This document shows positions 27,981 through 36,629 of a stretch of 64,000 nucleotides of DNA, one piece after another. The position numbers and the translations under genes were made by a program. The notes beneath the pieces are model-generated. The model saw only the letters and a program-made list of their open reading frames with translations, made no database searches and had not been told where the DNA came from. The DNA lies in IMG/VR virus record IMGVR_UViG_3300036937_000041, positions 1 through 64,000 of that record; one strand, written 5' to 3'. Numbering within the stretch: position 1 is the first letter of the stretch; each line of letters starts with the position of its first letter. The stretch comes from a virus.

Positions 27981-29072
27981 TTAGAGTACATGGCTAGCAT
28001 TTGCAGAGTGATCTACTGGTTTTCCCTGGGCGTCCACTATACACCTGTTCGCCTTATCGAATAAAAATGTTTTACCGCTAAAGTGCTCGCGGGGGTGCCC
28101 GTCCCATGTACATCTACGGCGGAAGAATATTTTCCTATCAGTCCTGGACTTCTTGGCCATACGCTCAAGAAAATCATTGCCATGCCGTGTGTTGGAGAAC
28201 ATGGTGAGCAGCCCGGGGAGCCTGCCGTTAACCGACTTCCAGGCGACAAATCGAGATTTCATACGCCCGTAGATCGCGCTGTACATTACTTCCGCCGCGT
28301 CATAATCTTGGCCCATGACCGCCTTCTTTGACCCCTCTACGACCTCCAGATAGTTTGCCTCGTCAATTCCGCCGCCCATCAGATTGTAGCCTATGGCGGA
28401 CAACGCCGATCCGCTCCCGGGGAAGATCACCACATCCTTGGGAAACCGCAGCTCCGATGGATATTTTTGGCTCTCTTCAATTTTGGCAATATTACACTGG
28501 GGCGGGAAATAGGTGTTGAAAAACGGACAATCAAATGCTTTGAGCACCGAGGTAAACGTGACCTTGCGCGCCAGCTTGGCGTTGCGCGACATGCAGACAA
28601 ACGAGATACCCTGACCATCGGGGTCAAGACGATAGTACTCCATTGGCTTCGCACGGGTGAGCACCTGCATCACGTCCAGGCGGAGCAGCGATCGAAATTT
28701 GTGGGTCTTGCCCGAGCCTATGCCCTCGATGTCAATAAATGTGTCGGTGCCATACCGGTGGCGCGCATGCCACAGGTCAATAATATCCTGCCTGTGCACC
28801 GGCCACAGCCCCTGGATCTCCCGAGTTTCGTCCTCTATCTGCTCAACGTAATAGCGCCCGCCGCCATAATACGGGTCGTCCAACAGTGTCTCCAGCGGCA
28901 CCGTATCAAACTCTGCCTGATCATGTTCGTCCCACCGCGACTTAGGCTCGTAGACTATTCCACGATCACGATCGCGCTCGACCAGCCGAGTGGTCTCGTT
29001 TGCGAGCGCGCGGAACATCGGGGTATCAAGGGGATTGTACTGCGGATCGCCAGGTTCAATCATCTGCGTCAA
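27981..29072 (-). CDS. Terminase large subunit, N-terminal ATPase half
   Basis: Walker A GIGSGKT, Walker B GGGIDEAN, RMKSRF, coupling-like FSN. Confidence 0.85.
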   Translation of the reverse strand: MTQMIEPGDPQYNPLDTPMFRALANETTRLVERDRDRGIVYEPKSRWDEHDQAEFDTVPLETLLDDPYYGGGRYYVEQIEDETREIQGLWPVHRQDIIDLWHARHRYGTDTFIDIEGIGSGKTHKFRSLLRLDVMQVLTRAKPMEYYRLDPDGQGISFVCMSRNAKLARKVTFTSVLKAFDCPFFNTYFPPQCNIAKIEESQKYPSELRFPKDVVIFPGSGSALSAIGYNLMGGGIDEANYLEVVEGSKKAVMGQDYDAAEVMYSAIYGRMKSRFVAWKSVNGRLPGLLTMFSNTRHGNDFLERMAKKSRTDRKIFFRRRCTWDGHPREHFSGKTFLFDKANRCIVDAQGKPVDHSANASHVL

Positions 29073-29283
29073 AGAATCCTTCTGCTATTGGTCGGCCTTC
29101 ACGGGCCGCCACGGCCGCCTCTTCCTTGGCCTGTTTATACAGCCCGTAGCACATGCCCAGACGTTCTTTACCGTTCGGCTTGGTCTTCTGCGCCTCGGCG
29201 CTGCCCATGCACCGACTGACAAAGTCGCCCACGCTTTCATTCTTTCTCGGCCGTGGCATCGTCTTCTCCTCGAATGATATCAA
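29056..29283 (-). CDS. Small hypothetical protein
   Basis: P.P..NE...FVSRCM...CY motif common next to phage packaging genes. Confidence 0.6.
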   Translation of the reverse strand: MISFEEKTMPRPRKNESVGDFVSRCMGSAEAQKTKPNGKERLGMCYGLYKQAKEEAAVAAREGRPIAEGFFDADD

Positions 29284-29530
29284 TAGAGTCTATGGATAGT
29301 ATCTCGGTGACCACCCGTGTGCCGTTCGAGCCCATGACAGTCCGGGCGCGCCCACGAATTCCAAACTTCAAATCGGTGGACGGAATGCTCTGCGCACCCC
29401 CGTGAACCAGTTCGAACGGTGGCGCGCCGGAGCGCAGATGATCGGCCATCGTCTTCATCGCCGCGGCGGAGATTATTGTTCCATTTTTACCCGGTTGGCC
29501 CGCCTTGATCAACGTCCCTTTATGTTTCAT
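29237..29530 (-). CDS. Hypothetical protein
   Basis: 97 aa, coupled to neighbours. Confidence 0.55.
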   Translation of the reverse strand: MKHKGTLIKAGQPGKNGTIISAAAMKTMADHLRSGAPPFELVHGGAQSIPSTDLKFGIRGRARTVMGSNGTRVVTEILSIDSIDIIRGEDDATAEKE

Positions 29531-30123
29531 CCTATGTCCTCCAACGTAAAGGTAAGCTGTACGGTGTTCTGCTCCCCGTCGATCACCCAGCCTTTCTCCA
29601 AGATGTGTTCAAACAGCTGGCGAAGTCGCCGGACATCCTGCAGCACATATCCAAAGAGATCGGCCCAGTGACCGTCGGCGAGCATGCTGGGCGCCAGACG
29701 GCCGAGCTTCGCCGGTTTACCGTGGCCGAGGGTGGCCGCGCACACCACGTCGAGGCCCAGCGATCCGTTTAAGACCGTGGATCTGCCCAGGCGTGCAAGC
29801 GCGTCATCTATCGAGGTCGCCGAGTGCTTGGCACACACTATCAGCTCAAACACATCTATGTCGGTCCACAGCGTTGTATCGGGGGTGTTCGACTGCTGAA
29901 CAATATACGAGTCAAAAGCTTTCCCGTTGTAGGAGACCACCCTGTTCCCCCGAAGATATCCCTCAAGCTGTTCCTCCTGGCCGGGCATGAAAAAGTTGTA
30001 TCGATCATGGTCATAGTTGTAGACGCAGCCGACGCCCAAGCGCATACCCGCCTTATCAACCCATCCGCCCTCAAGCTGCTCGGCCAGGTACTTCGTTTCA
30101 ATATCGTAGACTAAGAGTGACAT
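29527..30123 (-). CDS. DEDD/RNase H-like 3'-5' exonuclease
   Basis: YDIET, VSYNGKAFD, Y..QDV. Confidence 0.8.
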   Translation of the reverse strand: MSLLVYDIETKYLAEQLEGGWVDKAGMRLGVGCVYNYDHDRYNFFMPGQEEQLEGYLRGNRVVSYNGKAFDSYIVQQSNTPDTTLWTDIDVFELIVCAKHSATSIDDALARLGRSTVLNGSLGLDVVCAATLGHGKPAKLGRLAPSMLADGHWADLFGYVLQDVRRLRQLFEHILEKGWVIDGEQNTVQLTFTLEDIG

Positions 30124-30482
30124 TTATCGCCCTCCAAAGTCCAGCGCAGCAGGTGATCGAACTTGTAGAAAATGGGGTACTTGAGCTTCTGCGCCAGGTC
30201 ATATTCGTCGCGCGCCCCCGGAGAGTTTATCCACCCGTCGACCATGAGCATGCAGTTACATACGTTGATGATAATCAGTTTATCGAGCGCAATCCAATAA
30301 TCGTATTCCGCTGTGGGCGCATACCGATCCATATGCTGGCTGTGCGTGTGTGGACAATAGTGGTAGATACTGTGCTCCGCGCAGCTGATCGCCAACGCGC
30401 GCGCCCGCCCAACATTCTCGTCGACGGCGAGCATGGTCGGCGCCGAGTATGGTCCGGCTATGTACACAAATGGGGTTACCAT
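30111..30482 (-). CDS. DUF4406/DUF1937 nucleoside deoxyribosyltransferase-like protein
   Basis: VYIAGPYS, CPH, GW..SPGA..E...A. Confidence 0.75.
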   Translation of the reverse strand: MVTPFVYIAGPYSAPTMLAVDENVGRARALAISCAEHSIYHYCPHTHSQHMDRYAPTAEYDYWIALDKLIIINVCNCMLMVDGWINSPGARDEYDLAQKLKYPIFYKFDHLLRWTLEGDKCHS

Positions 30483-31258
30483 GACGGGAGCGCCTCTACA
30501 AAGCCGGGGTCAAGTTTATCGGTCTCGTCCTTAAACTCTTTGACGGCGCGCAGAAGATGCCGCAGGTTATTGACACCCCCGGCGGTCTCGATCACCTGTT
30601 TTATCGCGGGCAACACTGTAGATAGCTGATCAAGACTATCAACCCCGAGCTCTTTTTTCAGATTGTCGACCTCGGAGCGCCGTTGTGCGCTCTCCAAGCG
30701 CCTGACCTCGGATGACAGCATAGCTATCTCTTCGGCCATCTTAGTACCGATCTCCCGGCCGAGCAGATGATTTCGCTTGCGATCGGCCATCCACGATCTA
30801 AAGTAATCTATTTTATTCCCGTGAAATGGCCACCTGTCCGGGTCTACTTTGTTCATCAGTATATACATCAGAAAATTGGCATCGAGTGGTACGTTCCTAT
30901 TCAGCGGTTTGACCACGGTCCTGACCGTCCCCGACTCATGCACGTAGACCAGACCGACCCCGCCGCCGATGGTCTTCACCTCGTTCTGGTGGATCAACCC
31001 ATTGGGGCAGGCGAAGGCAAACACATCACAGTATTGAAGATACTGTGGCCACTTAGTATCGGACAGAAAATCCTGCCTCGATACTTTTATCTCATAGGCG
31101 GTGACCAGCGGGTTGGCCCACGATTTGGCGATGGCCACCAGGTCCATACGACACATGTTATCGTTGAACCAAGTGGGGCCGTTCTTGCACTCGGTGACAA
31201 CAAAGTCTTTTGCATGCCTGCCCTCGGCGAGGGCGCGCGCGATCTCAGCGGCTACCAT
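30476..31258 (-). CDS. MmcB-like PD-(D/E)XK nuclease
   Basis: RMDLVAI, YEIKVSRQDFLSD.KW..Y..YC; start reassigned. Confidence 0.8.
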   Translation of the reverse strand: MVAAEIARALAEGRHAKDFVVTECKNGPTWFNDNMCRMDLVAIAKSWANPLVTAYEIKVSRQDFLSDTKWPQYLQYCDVFAFACPNGLIHQNEVKTIGGGVGLVYVHESGTVRTVVKPLNRNVPLDANFLMYILMNKVDPDRWPFHGNKIDYFRSWMADRKRNHLLGREIGTKMAEEIAMLSSEVRRLESAQRRSEVDNLKKELGVDSLDQLSTVLPAIKQVIETAGGVNNLRHLLRAVKEFKDETDKLDPGFVEALPSW

Positions 31259-31436
31259 TGTAAGTATGGTCCTTTCTGCCACAAAGGCCATCTGATCCAG
31301 ATGCCGAACAGCAACGGAACATACTTGTATCCCCAGGGTGGCTCTATGGAAAAGGCAGGGCGTAGCCTCCCCCACCGAAGATATCCGAACACCCAGAAGA
31401 ATCGCATGGGAACTGTTATAAGATATTCAGCGTCGT

Positions 31437-31832
31437 TCAAGATGGACCGTCCTCTCCGGGCCACGATGGTCGTCGGTCAACCTCCAGGTCGAGCCCACGC
31501 TCATCCGCCTCCTCTTTGATCAGCACGTATACCGGGTTATCCTGCAGGTTGAGCATCGCCCAACTTAGATAGTGATCGTCCAGATCGCAGATCAGCGTCC
31601 CCGCGTGCTTACCGAACGAGAGCGCGACCGTCTGCGGCGATAGTCTACGCTTTTTGTACTCCTGCTCGGCGGCGGTCAACCAGTATCCGGGGTCAAAGGT
31701 AGAGCATATAAATAGGATATACTCATCGGGGACCTGCGCAATGGTCTGCCCCTTGTACTTGCCAAAAGGGAGCTCGGAAACCCCGTTCTGCCGCCGGTCC
31801 AGCTCCAGGTCATCATCTCGTGTATGTCTCAA
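31437..31832 (-). CDS. DUF3820-like protein (two FGK(Y/H)xG repeats)
   Basis: LPFGKYKG.....VP..Y and LSFGKHAG......YLSW. Confidence 0.75.
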   Translation of the reverse strand: MRHTRDDDLELDRRQNGVSELPFGKYKGQTIAQVPDEYILFICSTFDPGYWLTAAEQEYKKRRLSPQTVALSFGKHAGTLICDLDDHYLSWAMLNLQDNPVYVLIKEEADERGLDLEVDRRPSWPGEDGPS

Positions 31833-31911
31833 CGCCTACTCACTCCTATGATCAAGATAACTATGGGGATCAAGATGACCAGCACGGCCATCCCGATCAA
31901 TATGTAGTCTA

Positions 31912-32145
31912 TTATACGCAATTGTAGACAAACCTTCTCGTCTGCTCGTCGCTTATGGCCGGATATTCTTCGGCCAACCTGTATCCGGCGGCCCACAGTT
32001 CTCTGAACCTCGCCGACCATCCAGGTCCCCTGTACGGACAGTCAGAAAACGCATGGCCAGCCCGCTGGGCGACAAATCCTTGCCAGCATTTACCGGCCAT
32101 CGATCGGTTGCCCGGGGGTCTAAAGTTTAGATCGGGCCATTTCAT
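31912..32145 (-). CDS. Rmf/CrpP-fold small protein
   Basis: G..A...G....DCPY......R..W..GY. Confidence 0.55.
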   Translation of the reverse strand: MKWPDLNFRPPGNRSMAGKCWQGFVAQRAGHAFSDCPYRGPGWSARFRELWAAGYRLAEEYPAISDEQTRRFVYNCV

Positions 32146-32261
32146 ACCGCCAACCAGATCAAAAAGGCCAAACATATCAACAGGCAGATTGTCAAAGACA
32201 GGCAGCCGATCGACTTAGTATAGCCGATGCGCATACCCCGACGATTACCCCAAAACCACAT
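32142..32261 (-). CDS. Small membrane peptide (39 aa)
   Basis: MWFWGNRRG...LTICLLICLAFLIWLAV; ATGA overlap. Confidence 0.4.
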   Translation of the reverse strand: MWFWGNRRGMRIGYTKSIGCLSLTICLLICLAFLIWLAV

Positions 32262-32266
32262 ACCCA

Positions 32267-33031
32267 CTAGCAGATGTCCCTTCTCGACGTACGCAAGTGC
32301 TTCATAACAGAACGAAGGTTTTCAACCTTGGCCTCGAACACCTTTGAGTCCTCGAAGCCCAGCTTGTGAAAACCGAGCGCGCGGACGATCACGACCATCG
32401 GATCCGCGTAAACGGCATCCCCACCATATTTGGCGAACGCAGATCCGGCAGATCCAACGGTTGAACTTCGAAGCACCTCAAACAGTCTAGATGTGGCCAG
32501 GCGTTCTCCGATCAAATGGTCATCAACGTCCCCAAACGCACGGACAGCCACGCCGTAGTAGACTACGCTGCCGATAAGCTTGTGGCAGATGATAGCGCGC
32601 AGCCGATCATCGCAGTCTTGGACGTAGGTCAGCGTAGAGCCCTCGACCATCGCCGCCTTTTTCTTGCTACGCATCTTCGTCGCGCTGTCCATCGCCTTCT
32701 TCTCAAGATATCCAGCGGCGACCAGCTTGTCGAACAAGATCGACAGGGCGCCAATACGACTGCTATCTTCGACCTCGATTATGCGCTTGTCAAAAAAGAG
32801 TAAAGTATATCTGGAAAATGGTTTAGACCCGCCCATGCCAACACCGAGCAAGACTTCCAGCGTAGCCCCGGCGGGAAGCTGTTTGCACAGCCATTTCTCT
32901 ATGTGACTCGGCCTGGCCAACAGACTGGTAATCGGTGAACTGCCAGCCAGTATGATTTCATTGTCAGGACCGTCGTCAAACCCCCAGTCCCGTAGTCGTC
33001 GGGCAAACTTCTCATCAGCACACGCGTTCAC
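32267..33031 (-). CDS. Hypothetical protein
   Basis: 254 aa, SD AAGGAG. Confidence 0.65.
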   Translation of the reverse strand: MNACADEKFARRLRDWGFDDGPDNEIILAGSSPITSLLARPSHIEKWLCKQLPAGATLEVLLGVGMGGSKPFSRYTLLFFDKRIIEVEDSSRIGALSILFDKLVAAGYLEKKAMDSATKMRSKKKAAMVEGSTLTYVQDCDDRLRAIICHKLIGSVVYYGVAVRAFGDVDDHLIGERLATSRLFEVLRSSTVGSAGSAFAKYGGDAVYADPMVVIVRALGFHKLGFEDSKVFEAKVENLRSVMKHLRTSRRDIC

Positions 33032-33062
33032 TTACAATCTCCTTCTCTAATTCGAATTTCTC

Positions 33063-33332
33063 TTAGGCCGGTTTTTTCCAATTTATTGGTACACCTAACA
33101 CTGGAATATGTTCTGGTCGTAGCCGCTCTATCAGTCCACGTTTAAAGTGCAGGCGTTTGATCTCCTTGTCTATCCTGGCGATCAACGCATGCTGTGCGCC
33201 ATCCAGGGTAGCCCACCTGTGGCTTGCCGGAAAATCGACCCCGACCTTGCGCGGTGCTTTATGTGGTGTATATCCAGATTTGACTATCCCACAATCATCG
33301 ACGTTTCTAAAATAAGGGGTATACGAGATCAT
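33063..33332 (-). CDS. Hypothetical protein
   Basis: 89 aa, ATGA overlap. Confidence 0.55.
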   Translation of the reverse strand: MISYTPYFRNVDDCGIVKSGYTPHKAPRKVGVDFPASHRWATLDGAQHALIARIDKEIKRLHFKRGLIERLRPEHIPVLGVPINWKKPA

Positions 33333-33604
33333 GTACGTTCTCCCGGGGGCAAGAATTCAAAACGATCGCCATCGTGGACGAGCACCGGGGCGTCGACCGG
33401 GGGCAAGAATTCAAAACGATCGCCATCGTGGACGAGCACCGGGGCGTCGACCAGACGCAGCCTGTCCCCGTTTTCCAGCGTCTTCCACAGCTCGTGGTCA
33501 TCTGGGACGCCCGAAATCACTCGCAGTTCTTCAATCTGAATATTGTCATAGTAACATATGTGCTCGACGCCATTCATGTAGTATTTGCGTTCAACGTCGG
33601 TCAT
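33329..33604 (-). CDS. Multi-ubiquitin-like (beta-grasp) small protein
   Basis: Y.NG......I..EEL...GVP.D.EL ... V.VHDGDRF..LPP. Confidence 0.5.
   Translation of the reverse strand: MTDVERKYYMNGVEHICYYDNIQIEELRVISGVPDDHELWKTLENGDRLRLVDAPVLVHDGDRFEFLPPVDAPVLVHDGDRFEFLPPGERT
33343..33452. repeat. Perfect 54-bp tandem duplication
   Basis: Two identical copies starting at 33343 and 33397, encoding VDAPVLVHDGDRFEFLPP. Confidence 0.95.
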
Positions 33605-34136
33605 CTTGTTCCTCCAACATTGCGCTGACCCACGGGTCTGCCTCCGTCCGCGCGTACAGCCAGCAAATTATGTCCAAGCCCGATATTGTACCGCCCTCGC
33701 GGGGGATCTTGGCCACAAAATCCCACTTAAACTGCTGATGATACTTGAATGCATACTCTTTGTCGACAAACATGGCCAGTATGTTGAACGCCAGGTCGGC
33801 GGGGCCACTCCCACCATACCCCCACTCAAAGCCGGTCGGGGAATGAAACACATATCGATGGGGAACATTAGTATGCGCATGATCGTCGCGCCACATTCGT
33901 ATAACAGCGGGCAACCGCCAGAAAGAGCGCAGGCGAAATGGTCGACTGTCATCCGCTTCCGCAACGCGGGACACCCGCGCAGGACCAGCCTGACGAGCAC
34001 GAGCACGCCCATGATTAGCACCGCCGCAGGCACAAGTGCACTTGGGCGAGCGCGCGTGTGCGCACCGATCGGCCCATCCAGCGGTACACTGAGGGGCGTC
34101 ATCCTGTCCGAGGTTAATGGTCTCCGGTTCTTCCAT
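33591..34136 (-). CDS. DUF6166-like protein with N-terminal Cys cluster
   Basis: HSPTGFEWGYGGSGPADLA; C..A...CTCACGG.NHG. Confidence 0.7.
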   Translation of the reverse strand: MEEPETINLGQDDAPQCTAGWADRCAHARSPKCTCACGGANHGRARARQAGPARVSRVAEADDSRPFRLRSFWRLPAVIRMWRDDHAHTNVPHRYVFHSPTGFEWGYGGSGPADLAFNILAMFVDKEYAFKYHQQFKWDFVAKIPREGGTISGLDIICWLYARTEADPWVSAMLEEQDDRR

Positions 34137-34167
34137 GTCTTATTATACGCTAATATGGATTAAAATT

Positions 34168-34239
34168 GGCCGAGGAAAAGGCGAACCGGGTAGGGGGTTT
34201 CGTTTCAAGCGAAGTAACCCGGGTCAATGTCGCTCGGCC
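34168..34239 (-). ncRNA. Minimal Y-RNA-like unit 3
   Basis: GGCCGAG CGACATTG stem GTTACTTCG ... CGCCTTTT CCTCGGCC. Confidence 0.7.
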
Positions 34240-34247
34240 TATTCGAA

Positions 34248-34389
34248 TTATGTGGGGTAAAGACGATGAGAGACCTAATGCGCTCTACCAACTGAGCTAC
34301 CCCGGACATAGCTGGCCCGGGGGCCGGGGTCGAACCGGCGACCTCACGCCCCAAAAGCGAAGTAACTCTCACCTATGCCACCCACATAA
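34248..34389 (-). ncRNA. yrlA: YrlA-type Y RNA with circularly permuted tRNA-like domain
   Basis: Closing stem TTATGTGGG/CCCACATAA; T arm GCCGG TTCGACC CCGGC, acceptor CCCCGGG/TCCGGGG joined by a loop, then D arm GCTC AGTTGGTA GAGC; adjacent to Ro60. Confidence 0.85.
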
Positions 34390-34395
34390 ATTTTG

Positions 34396-34470
34396 TGCAG
34401 GATGGGAAAAAGGCGAATAAGGTGTTTTTCTAAACAAAGAAGTAACCATATTCTATGCCGCCATCCTACA
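34396..34470 (-). ncRNA. Minimal Y-RNA-like unit 1
   Basis: TGTAGGATGG CGGCATAG stem GTTACTTC ... CGCCTTTTT CCCATCCTGCA; overlaps the Ro60 stop codon. Confidence 0.7.
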
Positions 34471-35917
34471 GCTTCATGTTCTTTATCTCAGAGGTTGTCG
34501 TCGCGGCTCCGCGCTCGACCGCCAATATGTAGTCAAATATCTTGTCCGACCAGCCTGCGATGGTGTTCACCCGCTGGCCGACAACCTGGGTCGTCCCATG
34601 CCCGGCCAAGTCCACTATGTGCAGCCAACATTCGGGGGCCACCGACGACCAATATTGGGCCATCATCTGCTGCAGTGTTGCACTGCTGCTCCACAGGTCA
34701 TCCCACAGCTGAACATCGGTAAAGATTATAATCCGATCCAGCTTGATGTTGTTCCGCAGCGCGTACTCGACCACTTTATACCCGTTGGTAGACCCTCCGA
34801 CATGTGTGTGCATAAACATCTCGGCGCTGGCCAGCGGATCGGCGCCGGTCGGCATGCTAACGATCGAAAACTCTGTGCCGAACACCGAGGTCAGGGCCTC
34901 GGGTGTCCGAGAGGCCACGAGCGCCATCGCCAGGTTGGCAATATCTCTGCGCAAGATCGATGACTTAGCGGATATACGATCGTTCATCGACCTGCTGTTG
35001 TCCGCCGAGCACAAGGTCGCCCCCGGAAACACCGGCAGGTTGGGCACCGAGCGCCGTATGCAGACGGTCAACGAGTCCAGGACGGTCCGCATACCGAACG
35101 CGGCCGCCTGCAGGTCCCGGATCTCCCGATATGCCGAGTAGTATCTGAAGGGGAACTGCTTGGCCTTGGCAATCTGCTGCGGGTCTTCAAGCTTGGCCAG
35201 CAACACCGGGAGCTTAGCCGCCTCGGCGAGCAAGATATTACGCAGATTGCGCAACCCCGCCATATACCCAAGTTTATCTTCCTCGATCAGCCTGTTCCAC
35301 GCACCCGCCTTATCCTGCGCGGCCGAGAGCGCGACCTCCCAGGTGTCCGCGGGGGCCAGCGTGCCGTCCAGCACAGACTTCCACAGACGAGATTGTTCAT
35401 CATCTTTCGGCCTGGGGTGCGCCAGCTTAATCACGTCCGCCAGCTTGATCTTCCCCCGGCCGCCATTGTACTTGGCCAGCTGATATGCGTCAAAGGCGGC
35501 CAAACACTCGGCCATGCCCTTTCGAGCACCATGGTGAACGCGGATCAGCTTCGGATCCAGCTTGTTGACCGCGGCCACAAACTCACGCAGCTGGTCTACA
35601 CGGATGATCACCCGGCGCATCGCCGGGCGCAACCACTTACTGTGCCTGCGGGCCAGCCTGGCCAACAGCGCGACCGGCAACGTCCGCAGGTGCGCGCTCT
35701 CCCGAGCGTACACGGCCGCCCGGGCGACAAATCCGTCGTCAAGCTGATCGGCAAGGTTGAGCAACCGCGCTGTCGTATTCCCGTAAAATGAGGGCTCGTT
35801 GTACAAGCAGGTGAGCACCCCGGTCACAAACTCTTCCTCCGGGTGCAGCTTATACGCCGGATGCCCCTCGTGGTTTACCATGCGGGTCGTCATCCTATCT
35901 GGATTGATCTTGGTCAT
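34466..35917 (-). CDS. rsr: Ro60/TROVE-domain RNA-binding protein
   Basis: N.EG..AY, FD.YQLAKY, LAHP.P, TWE..LS, YMA.LRNLRN, FPFRY; vWA D.S.SM and IIFTD.Q; SD AAGGAGG at 35917. Confidence 0.93.
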   Translation of the reverse strand: MTKINPDRMTTRMVNHEGHPAYKLHPEEEFVTGVLTCLYNEPSFYGNTTARLLNLADQLDDGFVARAAVYARESAHLRTLPVALLARLARRHSKWLRPAMRRVIIRVDQLREFVAAVNKLDPKLIRVHHGARKGMAECLAAFDAYQLAKYNGGRGKIKLADVIKLAHPRPKDDEQSRLWKSVLDGTLAPADTWEVALSAAQDKAGAWNRLIEEDKLGYMAGLRNLRNILLAEAAKLPVLLAKLEDPQQIAKAKQFPFRYYSAYREIRDLQAAAFGMRTVLDSLTVCIRRSVPNLPVFPGATLCSADNSRSMNDRISAKSSILRRDIANLAMALVASRTPEALTSVFGTEFSIVSMPTGADPLASAEMFMHTHVGGSTNGYKVVEYALRNNIKLDRIIIFTDVQLWDDLWSSSATLQQMMAQYWSSVAPECWLHIVDLAGHGTTQVVGQRVNTIAGWSDKIFDYILAVERGAATTTSEIKNMKL

Positions 35918-35957
35918 CAAAACCTCCTTTACAACTTCTAGTCTATTATACGCAATA

Positions 35958-36323
35958 TCAATCCCGTTTACGATTCTTTTTTCCACGTTTTTTCCGCTTG
36001 TTCACCGGCTGCCCGGCCTCGATCAGCACCAGGCCCGCCTTCTCAGCCGGTTGAACGTCTTCCTTGGCGTACATCACGGGCGTACCCTTTTCCCGATCGA
36101 AGGCGATTATCTTCCCAATATGGCGCCGGTTGTCCACCCCCATGTAAAAGCACGGTCTGCCGATTATGTTAATCCGTTTGAGCCGCTGGTCGCGCATTTT
36201 CCTCGTCCGCTCCGAGTAGATGACCACCGGAATCGCCTCCTCCGGATCACAGGGGGTGCCGCGCAGCCCCTTGAGCTCCAAGTCAGATGAGTAGTCTACA
36301 ACGTTATTCGGATCCACGCTCAC
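35958..36323 (-). CDS. Hypothetical protein
   Basis: 121 aa, SD AGGAGG. Confidence 0.6.
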   Translation of the reverse strand: MSVDPNNVVDYSSDLELKGLRGTPCDPEEAIPVVIYSERTRKMRDQRLKRINIIGRPCFYMGVDNRRHIGKIIAFDREKGTPVMYAKEDVQPAEKAGLVLIEAGQPVNKRKKRGKKNRKRD

Positions 36324-36357
36324 CTCCTAGTAACATATTCATATCCCATATTAATAA

Positions 36358-36629
36358 TCACAGGGGTTTCCATCGGGGCATCAACTCCTCTACGTCTATG
36401 GTACAGCGCACCACGGTCAGCCCCAGGGCCTTCAGACGGGCACACAGACACCCGGGGCAGAGCAGCCCCGCGCCCTTGACCTTCGAGGGGCGCTTATCCG
36501 CTCCCACAGGCTATCCTGGATCACCAGGTCGGCCGGGAACTTGTCGACGGGGAGCCCACAGTCATAGCACTCCCCTCGAATATCCGTATCATACTTCTTA
36601 AGCGGATTCTGTGATGTTGGTCTGGCCAC
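36358..36629 (-). pseudogene. Frameshifted Zn-binding hypothetical gene
   Basis: CYDCG...DLVI.D.LW.RIS continues as PSKVKGAGLLCPGCLCARL only in another frame. Confidence 0.55.

Noticed and set aside
25341-28045. Split intein joining the terminase halves (N-half ends CIVDAQG...)
   Set aside because: The C-half has no HN-[CST] junction, and the 86-aa upstream ORF is in a different frame with no convincing intein blocks
33343-33452. CRISPR-like repeat
   Set aside because: Two adjacent copies with no spacer, in frame within a CDS; no cas genes
34278-34356. Ordinary tRNA gene
   Set aside because: The 3' half precedes the 5' half and both lie inside a closing stem, which is YrlA architecture
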